From Nitrospinaceae bacterium (GTDB lineage: Bacteria > Nitrospinota > Nitrospinia > Nitrospinales > Nitrospinaceae), in assembly GCA_965223665.1 (NCBI GenBank), contig OZ245011.1:1920001-1984000 (forward strand): 64,000 nt of DNA, in the 5' to 3' direction. Positions within the stretch are counted from its first letter, which is position 1. The number at the start of each line of letters is the position of its first letter. The translations under genes and the position numbers were made by a program. Shown piece after piece: positions 10,562 to 21,329 of this stretch. The notes below the pieces were generated by a model that worked only from the letters and a program-made list of their open reading frames with translations, was not told the origin of the DNA and ran no database searches.

Positions 10562-10830
10562 AAATATTAATGAAACCTCAGACACTTCCATCTCCCGGAA
10601 GTCTGAAAGCTTCCGGGAAAAAGGAATACCAGAAGGGACTCAACGCAAAGTTTACTCACTACCCCACCCCCTATGCCTGTGTCCGCCGGTGAACAAAAGC
10701 GCATTAAATAAGGGTTAAAAGTGGCACCTCTATTAGGGGAACTTAATAATTTTGCATTTCCTTTAAAAAACCTTTTAACATGATTAATTAATAGAAAAAA
10801 TCGATTAAATTTTTTATTTGTGGGGACAAA

Positions 10831-11223
10831 ATGAAATTTAGCGTAAACCACCTGACCAATAATGGGGAAGAAGTCATTCGAGTGAATCTGCTTTGCGATG
10901 TGAACAGCAAAGACTGGTTGATTTTGTTTGAGGACATTTTCAACCGTAATCCTGAAAAAGAGATCTTCAAATTCTTGATCGACAATCGCAATCATGCGGA
11001 CCAGATGAATTTCCAAGGATTCATTGAACTGGGAAAACTTTTGAAAAAATTTAAGATTAAAGAATTTATTGTTGGCGTTTTGGCCAGCGATAAAGGAATG
11101 TATGATTTGAGAAATCTTTTTCTTCGCGTGTCTATGGATCAGGGATTCAACGTCAAGTGCGACGTGTTCGAAGAAGAAACCCAAGTCATGAAGTGGTTAT
11201 CCCAAACAACAATTCTCAACTGA
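10831..11223 (+). CDS. Hypothetical protein (possibly STAS/SpoIIAA-like)
   Basis: 130 aa with RBS; C-terminal VF.EE..VMKWL pattern. Confidence 0.55.
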   Translation: MKFSVNHLTNNGEEVIRVNLLCDVNSKDWLILFEDIFNRNPEKEIFKFLIDNRNHADQMNFQGFIELGKLLKKFKIKEFIVGVLASDKGMYDLRNLFLRVSMDQGFNVKCDVFEEETQVMKWLSQTTILN

Positions 11224-11504
11224 CGATTTAACTTGAAAATGCTTCCAACTGGGAAACTCATCTACAATAACAATTCTCTTCATAATTCCTGCTGAATTTT
11301 AAAATTACGCGTTAATTTCATTCATAAATTTTTAATGGAGTGATTTATCCTAATTTTATTAAATGCTCCCTCTCCTCCTATCCTACTCTTTTCACGCTCC
11401 CATACTAAATGTCTCTACGGAAGCATTTGACATAACCCACCAAAAAGGGTAGTTTTTAAATTCAACTATTTATTAACTACTTGAAACCAAATTAGGAAAA
11501 CAAA

Positions 11505-12350
11505 ATGAACCGATTATTATGTCAATGGATCCTAACCATAGGGTTAATTTCCTTTTTAAACTCCTCTTCGTTCGCGGTTACAAAAACTTTCTCAAATCCG
11601 GAGGACAGTTATGTTCGTCAAACATCCCCTACTACAAATTACGGTTCCGATACGGTTTTACTTGCTGATGGAGTTTCACAAGACCCCGACAACGGAAAGT
11701 TTGGAGAAGTTGCAACTCTCATCAAATGGGACATCTCCTCGATCCCACCGGATGCCTCGATTACAAGTGTAAAAATCAAGTTGAATATTACCGATTCCAG
11801 TATCCATCGTTATAATATTTATAATCAAACTTCCCCCTGGGATGAAAATTCTGTTACCTGGAATGATATGAGTCAAGGATCCGTTTTATTTCAACAAGTC
11901 CCTCCACTCACTGTTGGCCAGGTTACCCTGGTGGTTGTACCCAACGCAGTAGATTTAATACAAAAATGGGTCAATGGAGTCGTTCCGAACAATGGAGTTA
12001 TTATCCGGAATATGTCTTCAAATAACGGAATTGATATAGACTCCAAAGAAACACCTTCTGGGTTGGCTCCAACTCTGGAGGTATCTTATACCACCAGTGG
12101 AATTACCGGGCATGAAATCGTTTTATCAGATACCGTATTAGTACCCAGTGGTAGTACCGCAAATGCTACCGCCACTTGTCCTGAAGGAAAAGTAGTCACT
12201 GGAGGAGGTTTTAAGGCTGACAGTCCATTTACTTTTGCTCATAGTTCTTTTCCCACTTCAGACGTTACCTGGCGTGTGGAAGTTAAAAATCAAGGAGCAG
12301 GTCCTTCGGAAAAAATGTGGGCGTATGCCGTTTGCGCCGATGAAGGCTGA
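11505..12350 (+). CDS. Secreted DNRLRE/CBM96-like protein, paralog 1 (tip type A)
   Basis: Signal peptide; EDSYVRQTSPTTNYG...DGVSQDPDNG...WDISSIP module; tip CPEGKVVTGGGF...YAVCA. Confidence 0.8.
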   Translation: MNRLLCQWILTIGLISFLNSSSFAVTKTFSNPEDSYVRQTSPTTNYGSDTVLLADGVSQDPDNGKFGEVATLIKWDISSIPPDASITSVKIKLNITDSSIHRYNIYNQTSPWDENSVTWNDMSQGSVLFQQVPPLTVGQVTLVVVPNAVDLIQKWVNGVVPNNGVIIRNMSSNNGIDIDSKETPSGLAPTLEVSYTTSGITGHEIVLSDTVLVPSGSTANATATCPEGKVVTGGGFKADSPFTFAHSSFPTSDVTWRVEVKNQGAGPSEKMWAYAVCADEG

Positions 12351-12439
12351 ATGTGACAAGTCGCATTTGTAGAATAGGATAAATAGAGTCATTTAATTTA
12401 ATGAATTCATTTCATTTTTAATCAGAGGAAATAAAAAAT

Positions 12440-12464
12440 GCCCTCCCTGAATTTCAGGGAGGGC
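12440..12464. terminator. Hairpin between convergent genes (probable intrinsic terminator)
   Basis: GCCCTCCCTGAA-T-TTCAGGGAGGGC flanked by A/T runs. Confidence 0.75.
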
Positions 12465-12483
12465 TTTAAGTTTTGCAGTTAAA

Positions 12484-14058
12484 CTAATTAGGCTCGGACA
12501 AACTCCCCGCCACCCATTCATTGTCATTCGCAGCTGTGCGGTTTGCCCCGCCACTTACGGTCGAGCGATTTCCATTTGCAGAATTTTCTGATCCACCGCT
12601 TACACTTGAAGCAGGCCCCATAGCATTGTTAGCGAATCCCCCGCTTACACTGGATCCACCGCCCTGAGCTTTATTATTTGAACCTCCACTCACCGTAGAG
12701 GAGCTTCCAATTGTTTCATTAGTTGAACCACCCAGTATGGATGAATTGGAACCTGTAGTAATATTTAACGAACCTCCTAGAATACTTGATTGTCTGCCAT
12801 TTGCAGTGTTTCTACTTCCACCGCTTATGGTTGATTCAGTATTTGTAGCGTGATTTCTAGTCCCACCGCTTACAGTAGAATTTCCTCCTGCGGCAGTATT
12901 AGATGAACCACCTGTTACACTTGACCCGGTTGCACTTGCAATATTACTTACTCCCGCACTAATGTGGGAATAGCCTCCACTGGCTATATTCCAAAGTCCA
13001 CCACTAATACTTGCCAACTCTTCAATAGATTGATTGAGACTTCCTCCTAGAACCGTTGCATATTTTGCGGAAATCACATTATACTCTCCAGCGACCAAAC
13101 CGCCATAACTTGAATAATTATGTCCCTTGCCCACAATAATATTATGTGAACCCGATTTGTCGGGAACAGGTTTGGGTTCAGAAAAAAAGTCTGGATTGAG
13201 AGGCTCATCGTAACCTACAATTAAATTTCCGAGTCCATTTACTTCTAAACCACCAATACTTGATTTATCCCCATCAGTTGCACCCAAACCATTAACGATT
13301 TGTAAATTCACGCCTTCAAATTGAATGGTATCCCCAACGCGTTTGACACCTGTCAAGTCTGCTTTAAATTGATTTAGTATCGCGACCTGCCCCTGGAGAT
13401 CCTGGATCATGGAAAATAATTCTTCTAAAGTTGGAGTTCCTTCCATGAGGGTTATTTCGAGTAAAGGGTGAAATCCTGCTGATTCGCTAGAACCCATTTG
13501 AATACTATTATTGGTGCCATTACTTTGGATAACAAAACCATAGTTAGGAATAGAACCATCTATCCAACCTTGAACTAATGCCACGCCATCACTATTCAAA
13601 TCCAAGGTAACCACACCAAACGAAAAAGGAGCGACGGTTCCTAACACAAACTCTGCAGGATTTATATCATTCCATGTCACCGTTCCCTCTGACCATGAAC
13701 TATTCTGTTGGTACAAATGATATAACCCGGAACTTGCATTCGTATAATCAAACGTAATAGAAACGTTCGTTACAGTGGCGGTGGCAAGAATTGAGGAGAT
13801 ATCCCATTTTAGAATAGTCATCGCTTCGCCATAAATTCCTGTATCCGGATCCTGAGTAACCCCATCGGACAATAAGATGACTTCACTTCCAAAATTAGTG
13901 CTGGGAGAAGTACTTCGACCATAACTATCTTCCGTTCCGGAATAGGTTGCATCCGGAGAAACTCCATCCTGAAAACTGACCGTTGTCATTGCGAAAACAG
14001 GCACATTCAGCACAACTATTAATAATGAAAAAACTCCTAAACTTAAAATCCGTTTCAT
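12484..14058 (-). CDS. Secreted DNRLRE/CBM96-like protein, paralog 2 (tip type B: coiled coil + 14-aa SGG repeats)
   Basis: Shared N-module; short coiled coil; NLQIVNGLG/GSHNIIVG; many S.SGG..N.A repeats. Confidence 0.8.
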   Translation of the reverse strand: MKRILSLGVFSLLIVVLNVPVFAMTTVSFQDGVSPDATYSGTEDSYGRSTSPSTNFGSEVILLSDGVTQDPDTGIYGEAMTILKWDISSILATATVTNVSITFDYTNASSGLYHLYQQNSSWSEGTVTWNDINPAEFVLGTVAPFSFGVVTLDLNSDGVALVQGWIDGSIPNYGFVIQSNGTNNSIQMGSSESAGFHPLLEITLMEGTPTLEELFSMIQDLQGQVAILNQFKADLTGVKRVGDTIQFEGVNLQIVNGLGATDGDKSSIGGLEVNGLGNLIVGYDEPLNPDFFSEPKPVPDKSGSHNIIVGKGHNYSSYGGLVAGEYNVISAKYATVLGGSLNQSIEELASISGGLWNIASGGYSHISAGVSNIASATGSSVTGGSSNTAAGGNSTVSGGTRNHATNTESTISGGSRNTANGRQSSILGGSLNITTGSNSSILGGSTNETIGSSSTVSGGSNNKAQGGGSSVSGGFANNAMGPASSVSGGSENSANGNRSTVSGGANRTAANDNEWVAGSLSEPN

Positions 14059-14499
14059 CTTTCTCTCCTCAGATAATAAATAATTTCAACTCGAATGGGA
14101 TACTACCCTGACTCTATACGGTTTCGAACCCGATCTCTTTTAGCGAGGATATTAGACAAAATGATCTGCGCTGTCAACCTTAGAACCGTAAGACGGAAAA
14201 GCCAAAATATTTTTATCGACTATCCAAAATGAACCCACCCGAACCTACAATCGAAACATCCTTTTTCCTTTAATTAAATTGGGAAAAGCCTTGTTTTTCG
14301 CCGCACTACCTTTTTTGTAGTACAATCAACCACAACAAAAACATCGCTTCTACGATATGGGTCGTTTATGAAATCAGGCACCATTCCTCCAAAAAGTGTT
14401 TCGCTGTATTGGATGGGGTTTACAAATTCGATTGAGAAATTATTAGCTCCAATGCAAGGGAAAACTTTCTCTTTAATTCGTTTTCGGGGAGGAAACATC

Positions 14500-15549
14500 A
14501 TGCGAAAAGTTTTAAGTTCACTGGTTCTCATTCTATCGATCTTTCTTTTTTATTCATCTGCCTTCGCAGTTACGGATACATTTACGAATCCCGAAGACAG
14601 TTATGTACGAAGCACTTCGCCCACGGCCAACTATGGATTCGATACACGTTTACTTGCGGATGGCGTTGCGGAAGATCCGGACAATGGATTGTTCGGAGAA
14701 GTGGTGACTATGGTTCAATGGGACATTACTTCTATTCCTTCATCCGCAACCGTCACCGGAGTTTCAGTTACCTTTAATTACTCGGATGCCAGTTCGGGTC
14801 CCTACAATATTTATTCACAAGATAACCCATGGGCGGAGAACACAGTCGATTGGAACGATTTGGATCAGGGACCCAACATATTAGGAACCGTGCCGCCTTT
14901 TACCTTTGGCCTGGGAACCCATGCCTTGAATGCAAACGGAGTGGCGTTGGTTCAGGGTTGGGTGGACGGTTCGATTCCGAATAACGGAATCATGGTTCGG
15001 TCCGGTGGAACCAATAACGGAATTACCATGAACTCCGCACAATCTGCGAGCCGAGCCCCGGTTTTGCAAGTCACTTATACCAACAACAGTACGCAATACT
15101 ACACCGTTTCTCCCTGTGCCTTTCGCGCCAGAAACACGGTGAACACCTCGACCTGTGGAATAGGGCAAGGGGGAATCAAGTATGACGGAACCGGTCCGGG
15201 AATTATAGCCCCCGTCAATTTACCGCATGGCGCTGTCATTACAGAAATCACCGCTTACTTCAGGGACAACGACAAAAGCGTTCGACTCTGGTTCCGTTTT
15301 TTGAGAGAAGGCTTAACCGTTGGAACTTTTGGAACGATTGGTGCGGGTTTATCCAGTGGAGCCGATCCGAGTTACCGGTCCGTCAGCTTTGCACCGGTTC
15401 CCACAACTTCACCCAGAGTCGACAACCTGTCCAGCAGTCTGGTGATATTGGCCATACCTATTAATGAAGCGGACTTTTCCGTTACCACGTGGCCCACAGA
15501 CAACTCATTACTGGTCAAAGGAATCGTCATTGAATACGAGGTGCCTTAA
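14500..15549 (+). CDS. Secreted DNRLRE/CBM96-like protein, paralog 3 (tip type C)
   Basis: Start moved to ATG 14500 (GGAGG RBS, signal peptide MRKVLSS); tip TVSPCAFR...APVNLPHGAVI...KGIVIEY. Confidence 0.8.
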   Translation: MRKVLSSLVLILSIFLFYSSAFAVTDTFTNPEDSYVRSTSPTANYGFDTRLLADGVAEDPDNGLFGEVVTMVQWDITSIPSSATVTGVSVTFNYSDASSGPYNIYSQDNPWAENTVDWNDLDQGPNILGTVPPFTFGLGTHALNANGVALVQGWVDGSIPNNGIMVRSGGTNNGITMNSAQSASRAPVLQVTYTNNSTQYYTVSPCAFRARNTVNTSTCGIGQGGIKYDGTGPGIIAPVNLPHGAVITEITAYFRDNDKSVRLWFRFLREGLTVGTFGTIGAGLSSGADPSYRSVSFAPVPTTSPRVDNLSSSLVILAIPINEADFSVTTWPTDNSLLVKGIVIEYEVP

Positions 15550-15646
15550 GACACTTATGTAAATTTTAATTTCAAATATTTTTCCCGGGCTGCCTTTAGG
15601 GCAGCCACACACATCACATTGTTTTAATCATGAACTGGAGGGAGTC

Positions 15647-16111
15647 ATGAAAAAATTTAGTTACGCAGTCAGTATGATCTTGGTTTTTGGTTTGAGTTTA
15701 ATAGCAGAAAACTCTTTCGCCAGTGAGCAGGGGTTTTCATCTTGTATTCCTACCGATACTTATACCCTGTCTAAAAAGAAAGGAGTGAAATGGGAAGGCA
15801 AGTCCCTGGACTGTAAGAAAAAAGATGCAGAGTCTATCGCTCTAGCCCGTTTAAAGAACAAGAGTAAAGCCGAATGCGGACATGTGGATTGTTCGCAACA
15901 TTGCGCCGCCGGTTGGATAGCCGATCAGAATAACTCGCCTTGTATTCCTAAAGAAGCCAATATGACCTGGAAGGATTTGTACCGAGACAAAGTCGAGGAC
16001 AAGGTGTGCGGAAAGTGGCCGGCAAGAACTCGCAAGTGGCACGCCAAGGTGGTATCGGATCCGGTGTGTGGGTGCATTTGCGACAAAACACCCATCAACC
16101 CAAAAAAATAA
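15647..16111 (+). CDS. Secreted Cys-rich hypothetical protein
   Basis: GGAGG RBS, signal peptide, 10 Cys, C-terminal CGCIC. Confidence 0.75.
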   Translation: MKKFSYAVSMILVFGLSLIAENSFASEQGFSSCIPTDTYTLSKKKGVKWEGKSLDCKKKDAESIALARLKNKSKAECGHVDCSQHCAAGWIADQNNSPCIPKEANMTWKDLYRDKVEDKVCGKWPARTRKWHAKVVSDPVCGCICDKTPINPKK

Positions 16112-16189
16112 AACAACACTAACAACAAGTAATCAATCTTAACTTCTGAATCACAAGAAGATCACACACTTCTTTATGGAGGGGATTCC

Positions 16190-18019
16190 ATGCGAAGGCT
16201 AAAGATTTTTACCTTAACATTACTCGCTTTAATTTTCACTTATGGTGTGGCTTCGGCCACACTATGTAAAACAAACAAGATCACTCAACGTCACCGAAAC
16301 GAAACGAAAGTCATGGAGAGCGAACCCTATGCTTCCGGCGTATACAAAGGGTTCTCTCAATACAATTCGAGAGTGCTGGCCTGTAACAGAGAGCGTGACT
16401 CCAATGGCAAAGGAGTGGAACAGGTATCTAAATCTCCTTTCACTTACCCGGAGGATTTACCGGCCAAGCTCATTACCGGAAAGATTCATTACCACGGTGT
16501 GTTTCCTTTTCGCTATTTCTATGAACTCAAACGTGCCAAAGGAGTCTGGACGGTCACCTCTTACCTGCAAATGCATTATCCTTCTTTGAAGCATGCCAAA
16601 AAACTGGAAGTGAGTGAATATCTTTTGGAAGATTTAGGAATCAAATGCGCAAAGGATAACATCGTGCAACGCAAAAAAAAGGTCGGTTATACCGCTTGCC
16701 GCATGGATCGTGACCGCAAGATTGATGGAAAGACCATCGTCCATCATTACAAAGAATTCTGGCGGCGGAATATCGAAAAATTCTGGAGCAAGGCCGGCTT
16801 TACGGTAAAGGTAAAATTTGTTCCGGAAGAAGTTTCCGACCAAAGGTACAAAGATTTAAAGAAGGCAAACGCAATCTGGCATGTACGATTGAATCATAAC
16901 AAGTCGACACGCGCAATGTACAAAGGGTCCACCTTATTAGGAAGACCGCATCCGTTGTACGCAGGGATGGATCGCGAAACGATTATCCATGAATACGGTC
17001 ATACGCTGGGTTTCGATGATGAATATCAGGAAACTCTTACCCAGGACTCCACTGTTCTTGGGAATAAAATCGATACACGGATTGATTTGGGGGATAATTG
17101 CGAGACCATTCTTCAAAACAAAAGTGGCACTGGAGACGTAGCAATAAAAAATAGAGGAAACAGTTCTTACATCATGTGCCAAAACACTGACTCCCAAAAT
17201 ATAAATTTTGATGACAATCCCGAAACTGAAGAGTTCGATTATTTTAAGGATCATTCGAAAGGTGTGTATTCATGGATCGCCACTTCACGCTATGGCACTT
17301 CCGGATATTGTAAGGACGATGAAGACTGCCCGGATAGACAATTTTGTGATAAAGGCGGCATTGCGGGAGTCGGAACCAATCAGTGTAAACCGGGACATAA
17401 AGATCATTACAAAGTTTGTAGTCGCGGAAACCAATGCGCTTCCGGTTCTTGTAAGATGGGCACCTGTTACACACCCAAATCAGCCGGTATGGGAGACACC
17501 TGTTACGTCAACGATGAATGTTCGATTGGTAAATGCAGCAGTACCGGCGGACTTAAGGGAACTTGTGTGTGCGATGACGACAAGCAATGCGGAACCGGAA
17601 AGTATTGCGACAAAGGAGTTGATTTAACCAAAAACGCATGTAAACCACTTAAGGACGATGGCGAAGCCTGCCCTGCCGTGGGGGGTGCGCACACCTGCAA
17701 ATCCGGAAAATGTTCTTATGGACGTTGTTACACTTCAGGGTCCGTTCCCATGGGAGGAACCTGTTTTGTCAGTGATGCCTGCGCCAAGGGTAAATGCAGC
17801 AGCATTCCCGGAGTGAAAGGGCAATGCGTCTGTAATGATGATAACCAGTGCGGCAAAGGTTTTTGGTGTAACAAAGGACTGGATCTGAAAATGAACAGTT
17901 GCGAACCAAAACTTAAAAAAGGCGAAGTCTGCGGTAAGGTGGGTGAAGTGGGCGTTGGCCACCGCTGCAAATCCGGCAAGTGCAAAGCCGGCTTCGGCGT
18001 TAATTTGAAATGTAAATAG
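16190..18019 (+). CDS. Secreted zinc metallopeptidase-like protein with Cys-rich C-terminal repeats
   Basis: Signal peptide; HEYGHTLGFDD zincin motif, downstream YIMC Met-turn-like segment; about 2.5 Cys-rich repeats of ~87 aa. Confidence 0.75.
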   Translation: MRRLKIFTLTLLALIFTYGVASATLCKTNKITQRHRNETKVMESEPYASGVYKGFSQYNSRVLACNRERDSNGKGVEQVSKSPFTYPEDLPAKLITGKIHYHGVFPFRYFYELKRAKGVWTVTSYLQMHYPSLKHAKKLEVSEYLLEDLGIKCAKDNIVQRKKKVGYTACRMDRDRKIDGKTIVHHYKEFWRRNIEKFWSKAGFTVKVKFVPEEVSDQRYKDLKKANAIWHVRLNHNKSTRAMYKGSTLLGRPHPLYAGMDRETIIHEYGHTLGFDDEYQETLTQDSTVLGNKIDTRIDLGDNCETILQNKSGTGDVAIKNRGNSSYIMCQNTDSQNINFDDNPETEEFDYFKDHSKGVYSWIATSRYGTSGYCKDDEDCPDRQFCDKGGIAGVGTNQCKPGHKDHYKVCSRGNQCASGSCKMGTCYTPKSAGMGDTCYVNDECSIGKCSSTGGLKGTCVCDDDKQCGTGKYCDKGVDLTKNACKPLKDDGEACPAVGGAHTCKSGKCSYGRCYTSGSVPMGGTCFVSDACAKGKCSSIPGVKGQCVCNDDNQCGKGFWCNKGLDLKMNSCEPKLKKGEVCGKVGEVGVGHRCKSGKCKAGFGVNLKCK

Positions 18020-18054
18020 TTTGCCTGGAGCATCATGCTGCTCCTCTTCCGATT

Positions 18055-18082
18055 GAGTGGGTTCTATATATAGAACCCACTC
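18055..18082. repeat. Perfect 28-bp palindrome, member of a dispersed TCTATATATAGAAC family
   Basis: GAGTGGGTTCTATATATAGAACCCACTC; related copies near 19483, 28749, 34122, 35843, 52630 and 61850. Confidence 0.8.
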
Positions 18083-18342
18083 GATACGGGAAACTCTATA
18101 TTTGTGTAATACTTCACAGTTTGTTTTTGGCCCGGTAACGGATAATCCAACTGTGGGAAGGGTTATTTTTTACTCCAATCCATTATTTACTTTAAAATTA
18201 ATTTCCTTGAATTTCGCCTCCTTACCTTCAGGATGTTTTTTTTCGGCTTTCCTGTAATTGACAATCCCCCAAAAAACAGAGTAATTTCTCCCTGAATTCC
18301 AATATCGAATATCCAAAAAAATTTTTATGGGGAGGACCAGAC

Positions 18343-19392
18343 ATGAAAAGATTTTTTGCGTCTCTATTAATTACGGCTTTAGTCATTACAAGCCACTCAG
18401 CGGCCTTTGCAGTAACCGATATTTTCTTCAAACCCGAAGACAGCTATGTGCGGGAATCTTCTCCGGACAAAAACTATGGAGCCGAATCTGTTCTAATTGC
18501 TGATGGAGTATCCCAGGATCCGGATAATGGCATCTTTGGCGAAGTGGTGACTTTGGCCCAATGGGATATTTCTTCCATACCGCCGACCGCAACCATCACT
18601 GGCGTTAATCTTTTATTTCACTATTCCAACTCCAGTTCCGGTTCCTATAATATCTACCCACAAAATTCTGCATGGTCCGAAGGCACCGTCACCTGGAATG
18701 ATTTGGATCAAGGTGGTCCGTTATTGGGCACCATTCCCCCTCTCACATTCGGCCAGGGAATTCATCCGTTGAACGCCGATGGTATTGCTTTAGTACAGGG
18801 TTGGGTGGATGGTTCTATTCTTAATAACGGATTGATGGTTCGTAGCGGTGGCACCAATGATGGAATTGCTATGGACTCGAAAGATTCAGGAGGACGACCC
18901 CCAACGCTGGAAATCACGTACAGGGATATCAAGTCCCATTATTATACTGTGGGGCCTTGTCAATTTAGAGGAAGAGACTCTACTGAGAAAACCCTATGTG
19001 GCCTTGGCACCGGTGGAGTGAGTTATGACGGGGCGAGTCGATTGGGGATTGTTGCTCCCGTTAATCTACCTCATGAGGCAGTTATCAAAAATATCACCGT
19101 TCATTATTTAGATACCAATCCTTCCGTAAGACTCTTTTTTGATTTTCAAAGGGAAAGTTTATCCAATGGTTTCTTTCAAACCATAGGCGAAGGATTTTCC
19201 AATACCGGTTTGGGTTTTCAATCCATAAGTTATGGTCCCGTACCTGCAATTTCTCCGAGAGTGAATAATTTGACCCATAGCTTGGTCTTTCAGGTAGTGG
19301 CGGTCAGAGAAACGGATCAAAGTTTACTCCCCTGGCCGACAGACAGTTCGTTACTTGTTAAGGGTGTGGTGATTGAGTATATACTGCCATAA
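18343..19392 (+). CDS. Secreted DNRLRE/CBM96-like protein, paralog 4 (tip type C)
   Basis: Shared N-module and tip C; GGAGG RBS; TTGACA at 18258. Confidence 0.8.
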   Translation: MKRFFASLLITALVITSHSAAFAVTDIFFKPEDSYVRESSPDKNYGAESVLIADGVSQDPDNGIFGEVVTLAQWDISSIPPTATITGVNLLFHYSNSSSGSYNIYPQNSAWSEGTVTWNDLDQGGPLLGTIPPLTFGQGIHPLNADGIALVQGWVDGSILNNGLMVRSGGTNDGIAMDSKDSGGRPPTLEITYRDIKSHYYTVGPCQFRGRDSTEKTLCGLGTGGVSYDGASRLGIVAPVNLPHEAVIKNITVHYLDTNPSVRLFFDFQRESLSNGFFQTIGEGFSNTGLGFQSISYGPVPAISPRVNNLTHSLVFQVVAVRETDQSLLPWPTDSSLLVKGVVIEYILP

Positions 19393-19422
19393 TATTAATT
19401 TTTCGGTATAAGAGTATAGAAA

Positions 19423-19459
19423 CTTGCGGGTGGAGCAAAGCCGATTTACCACCCGCAAG
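19423..19459 (+). terminator. Probable intrinsic terminator; similar copy at 20859-20895
   Basis: CTTGCGGGTGG...CCACCCGCAAG followed by a T-rich tract. Confidence 0.65.
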
Positions 19460-19781
19460 CTTTTACCTTTATCTTTCCCCTTGAGTAGGTTCTATATATA
19501 TCGAAACAATTCGATACAACGGAGCATTTTCTCCAATTGCCACTCTACCTAATCGAATTATCTTGCAGCTATCTTTTGGGAAAATTCGGAAATTCCATAT
19601 GCAGGACCCACCAACAAGGTTGATTTTTATAGAGCTAAGATATTCAAATTAAACTCCTTGTAATTCTTTTTATTACCTATCCTAACCCCATTTTACCCCT
19701 ACCCAAAAATTGACAATACTACCTAAAAGGAGTAGTTTTCAGGGAAAATTCTACTTTCATTACTAATTTAGGGAGGGACTC

Positions 19782-20834
19782 ATGAAAAGGGTGATTCAAT
19801 TTTTACTGATCCAATGCTTGCTGCTGTTTTCTTTTAATTCCGCATTGGCGGTGACTGCCTCGCTTCTCAATCCGGACGACAGTTACCTGCGCAGCACTTC
19901 TCCGACAACTAATTACGGCTCAGAACCTGTTTTGATTGCAGACGGAGTTTCGCAGGATCCCGACAATGGAATTTATGGCGAAGTGGTGACGGTGGTTCAA
20001 TGGAACGTGGCTTCCATCCCGTCCACGGCAACAGTGACCGGAGTCAATGTCATATTTAATTATTCCGATGCCAGTTCGGCGCCCTATGAATTTCATGCGC
20101 AGGAATCCGCGTGGTCCGAAGGGTCTGTCACCTGGAATGATTTAAATGAAGGCGCCAACATATTGGGTACGATTCCTGCTTTCACTTTTGGCCAGGGAAC
20201 TCATCCGCTCAATGCCAGCGGAATCGCTTTAGTTCAGGGCTGGATCGACGGTTCGATCAATAACAACGGATTGGTGGTTCGTACCAGCGGAACCAATAAT
20301 GGAATTGCTATGGACTCAAAAGAAGGTGGTCGCAGCCCGGTTCTGGAAATAACTTACACCGATGTCAAATCGTATTTTCACACTGTTTCCCCCTGTGCAT
20401 TTAGAGGACGAGACTCTACAGAAAAAACCATTTGTGGTACAGGTCAGGGAGGAACTCGATATGAAGGGACATCTAATTTTGGCATTGCCGCTCCCGTTAA
20501 CCTTCCTCACGGAGCAGTCATTAAAAATATAACCGTACACTTTAAGGATGAAAGTTTTACGGCAAGATTGTGGGTCCGGTTTTCGAGGGAAAGTCTGAGC
20601 GCGGGTTTCTTTTCTCTTATAGGTCAGGGATTCTCCACCAATGGAACTGGTTACCAATCCATCAGTTTTCCTCCAGAGCCTGTAATTTCTCATACGATCG
20701 ACAATCAAACTTCCAGCCTGGTGATCACCGCAAGCTCTATTAATGAAGCAGATTTTAGTTCAGCCTCATGGCCCACAGACAATACCTTAATGCTCAAGGG
20801 AGTGGTGATTGAGTACACGCTTCCGGAAAATTAA
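19782..20834 (+). CDS. Secreted DNRLRE/CBM96-like protein, paralog 5 (tip type C)
   Basis: Closest to paralog 4 (FRGRDSTEKT shared); promoter TTGACA-N17-TAGTTT at 19710-19738. Confidence 0.8.
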   Translation: MKRVIQFLLIQCLLLFSFNSALAVTASLLNPDDSYLRSTSPTTNYGSEPVLIADGVSQDPDNGIYGEVVTVVQWNVASIPSTATVTGVNVIFNYSDASSAPYEFHAQESAWSEGSVTWNDLNEGANILGTIPAFTFGQGTHPLNASGIALVQGWIDGSINNNGLVVRTSGTNNGIAMDSKEGGRSPVLEITYTDVKSYFHTVSPCAFRGRDSTEKTICGTGQGGTRYEGTSNFGIAAPVNLPHGAVIKNITVHFKDESFTARLWVRFSRESLSAGFFSLIGQGFSTNGTGYQSISFPPEPVISHTIDNQTSSLVITASSINEADFSSASWPTDNTLMLKGVVIEYTLPEN

Positions 20835-21329
20835 CCTGACGGCAATCCAAAACTGAAGCTTGCGGGTGTAGCAAATTCAATTTGCCTCCCGCAAGTTTCG
20901 GTATCCATCAAGGATACAACTGATTGGAGAAACACCCTGTCCTATTCCTTTTTTCCAAGTACGCCAGGTTTTCGACTTTTATAAAAAATCGACCACACAA
21001 CAGATTTTTTCAAAGAAAATTTCTGATATTCGTCAGCACAGAAACCACTACTGAGAGCGAGTTGTGCTCTTGAATTTAAAATTCATTTTCATTTTAAAAA
21101 TTCAAACTTGAATTCCTTCTCGGCTGAAACGTGATTTAATTTTGAAAAAGAAATTGGATCCTGAAAGTATTCACTGGATGGTTTTCTTCGAGTCTATCCA
21201 TCCTCAGTTTCATAAAAATTTAATTCCACTATTATGCTGTTCATAGGGACCGGTTATTTGTTAGAATGCGAAAGTAAAACAATATTTTGATTTATCTAAA
21301 ATATTTGACTTGTGCTTAAAGGATTTCCT

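Noticed and set aside
10567-11184. 205-aa minus-strand ORF
   Set aside because: Antisense shadow of 10831-11223, which has an RBS and a more protein-like sequence
12500-13100. 42-bp periodic repeats as a possible CRISPR array
   Set aside because: They are degenerate, in-frame coding SGG repeats with no constant repeat/unique spacer structure and no cas genes
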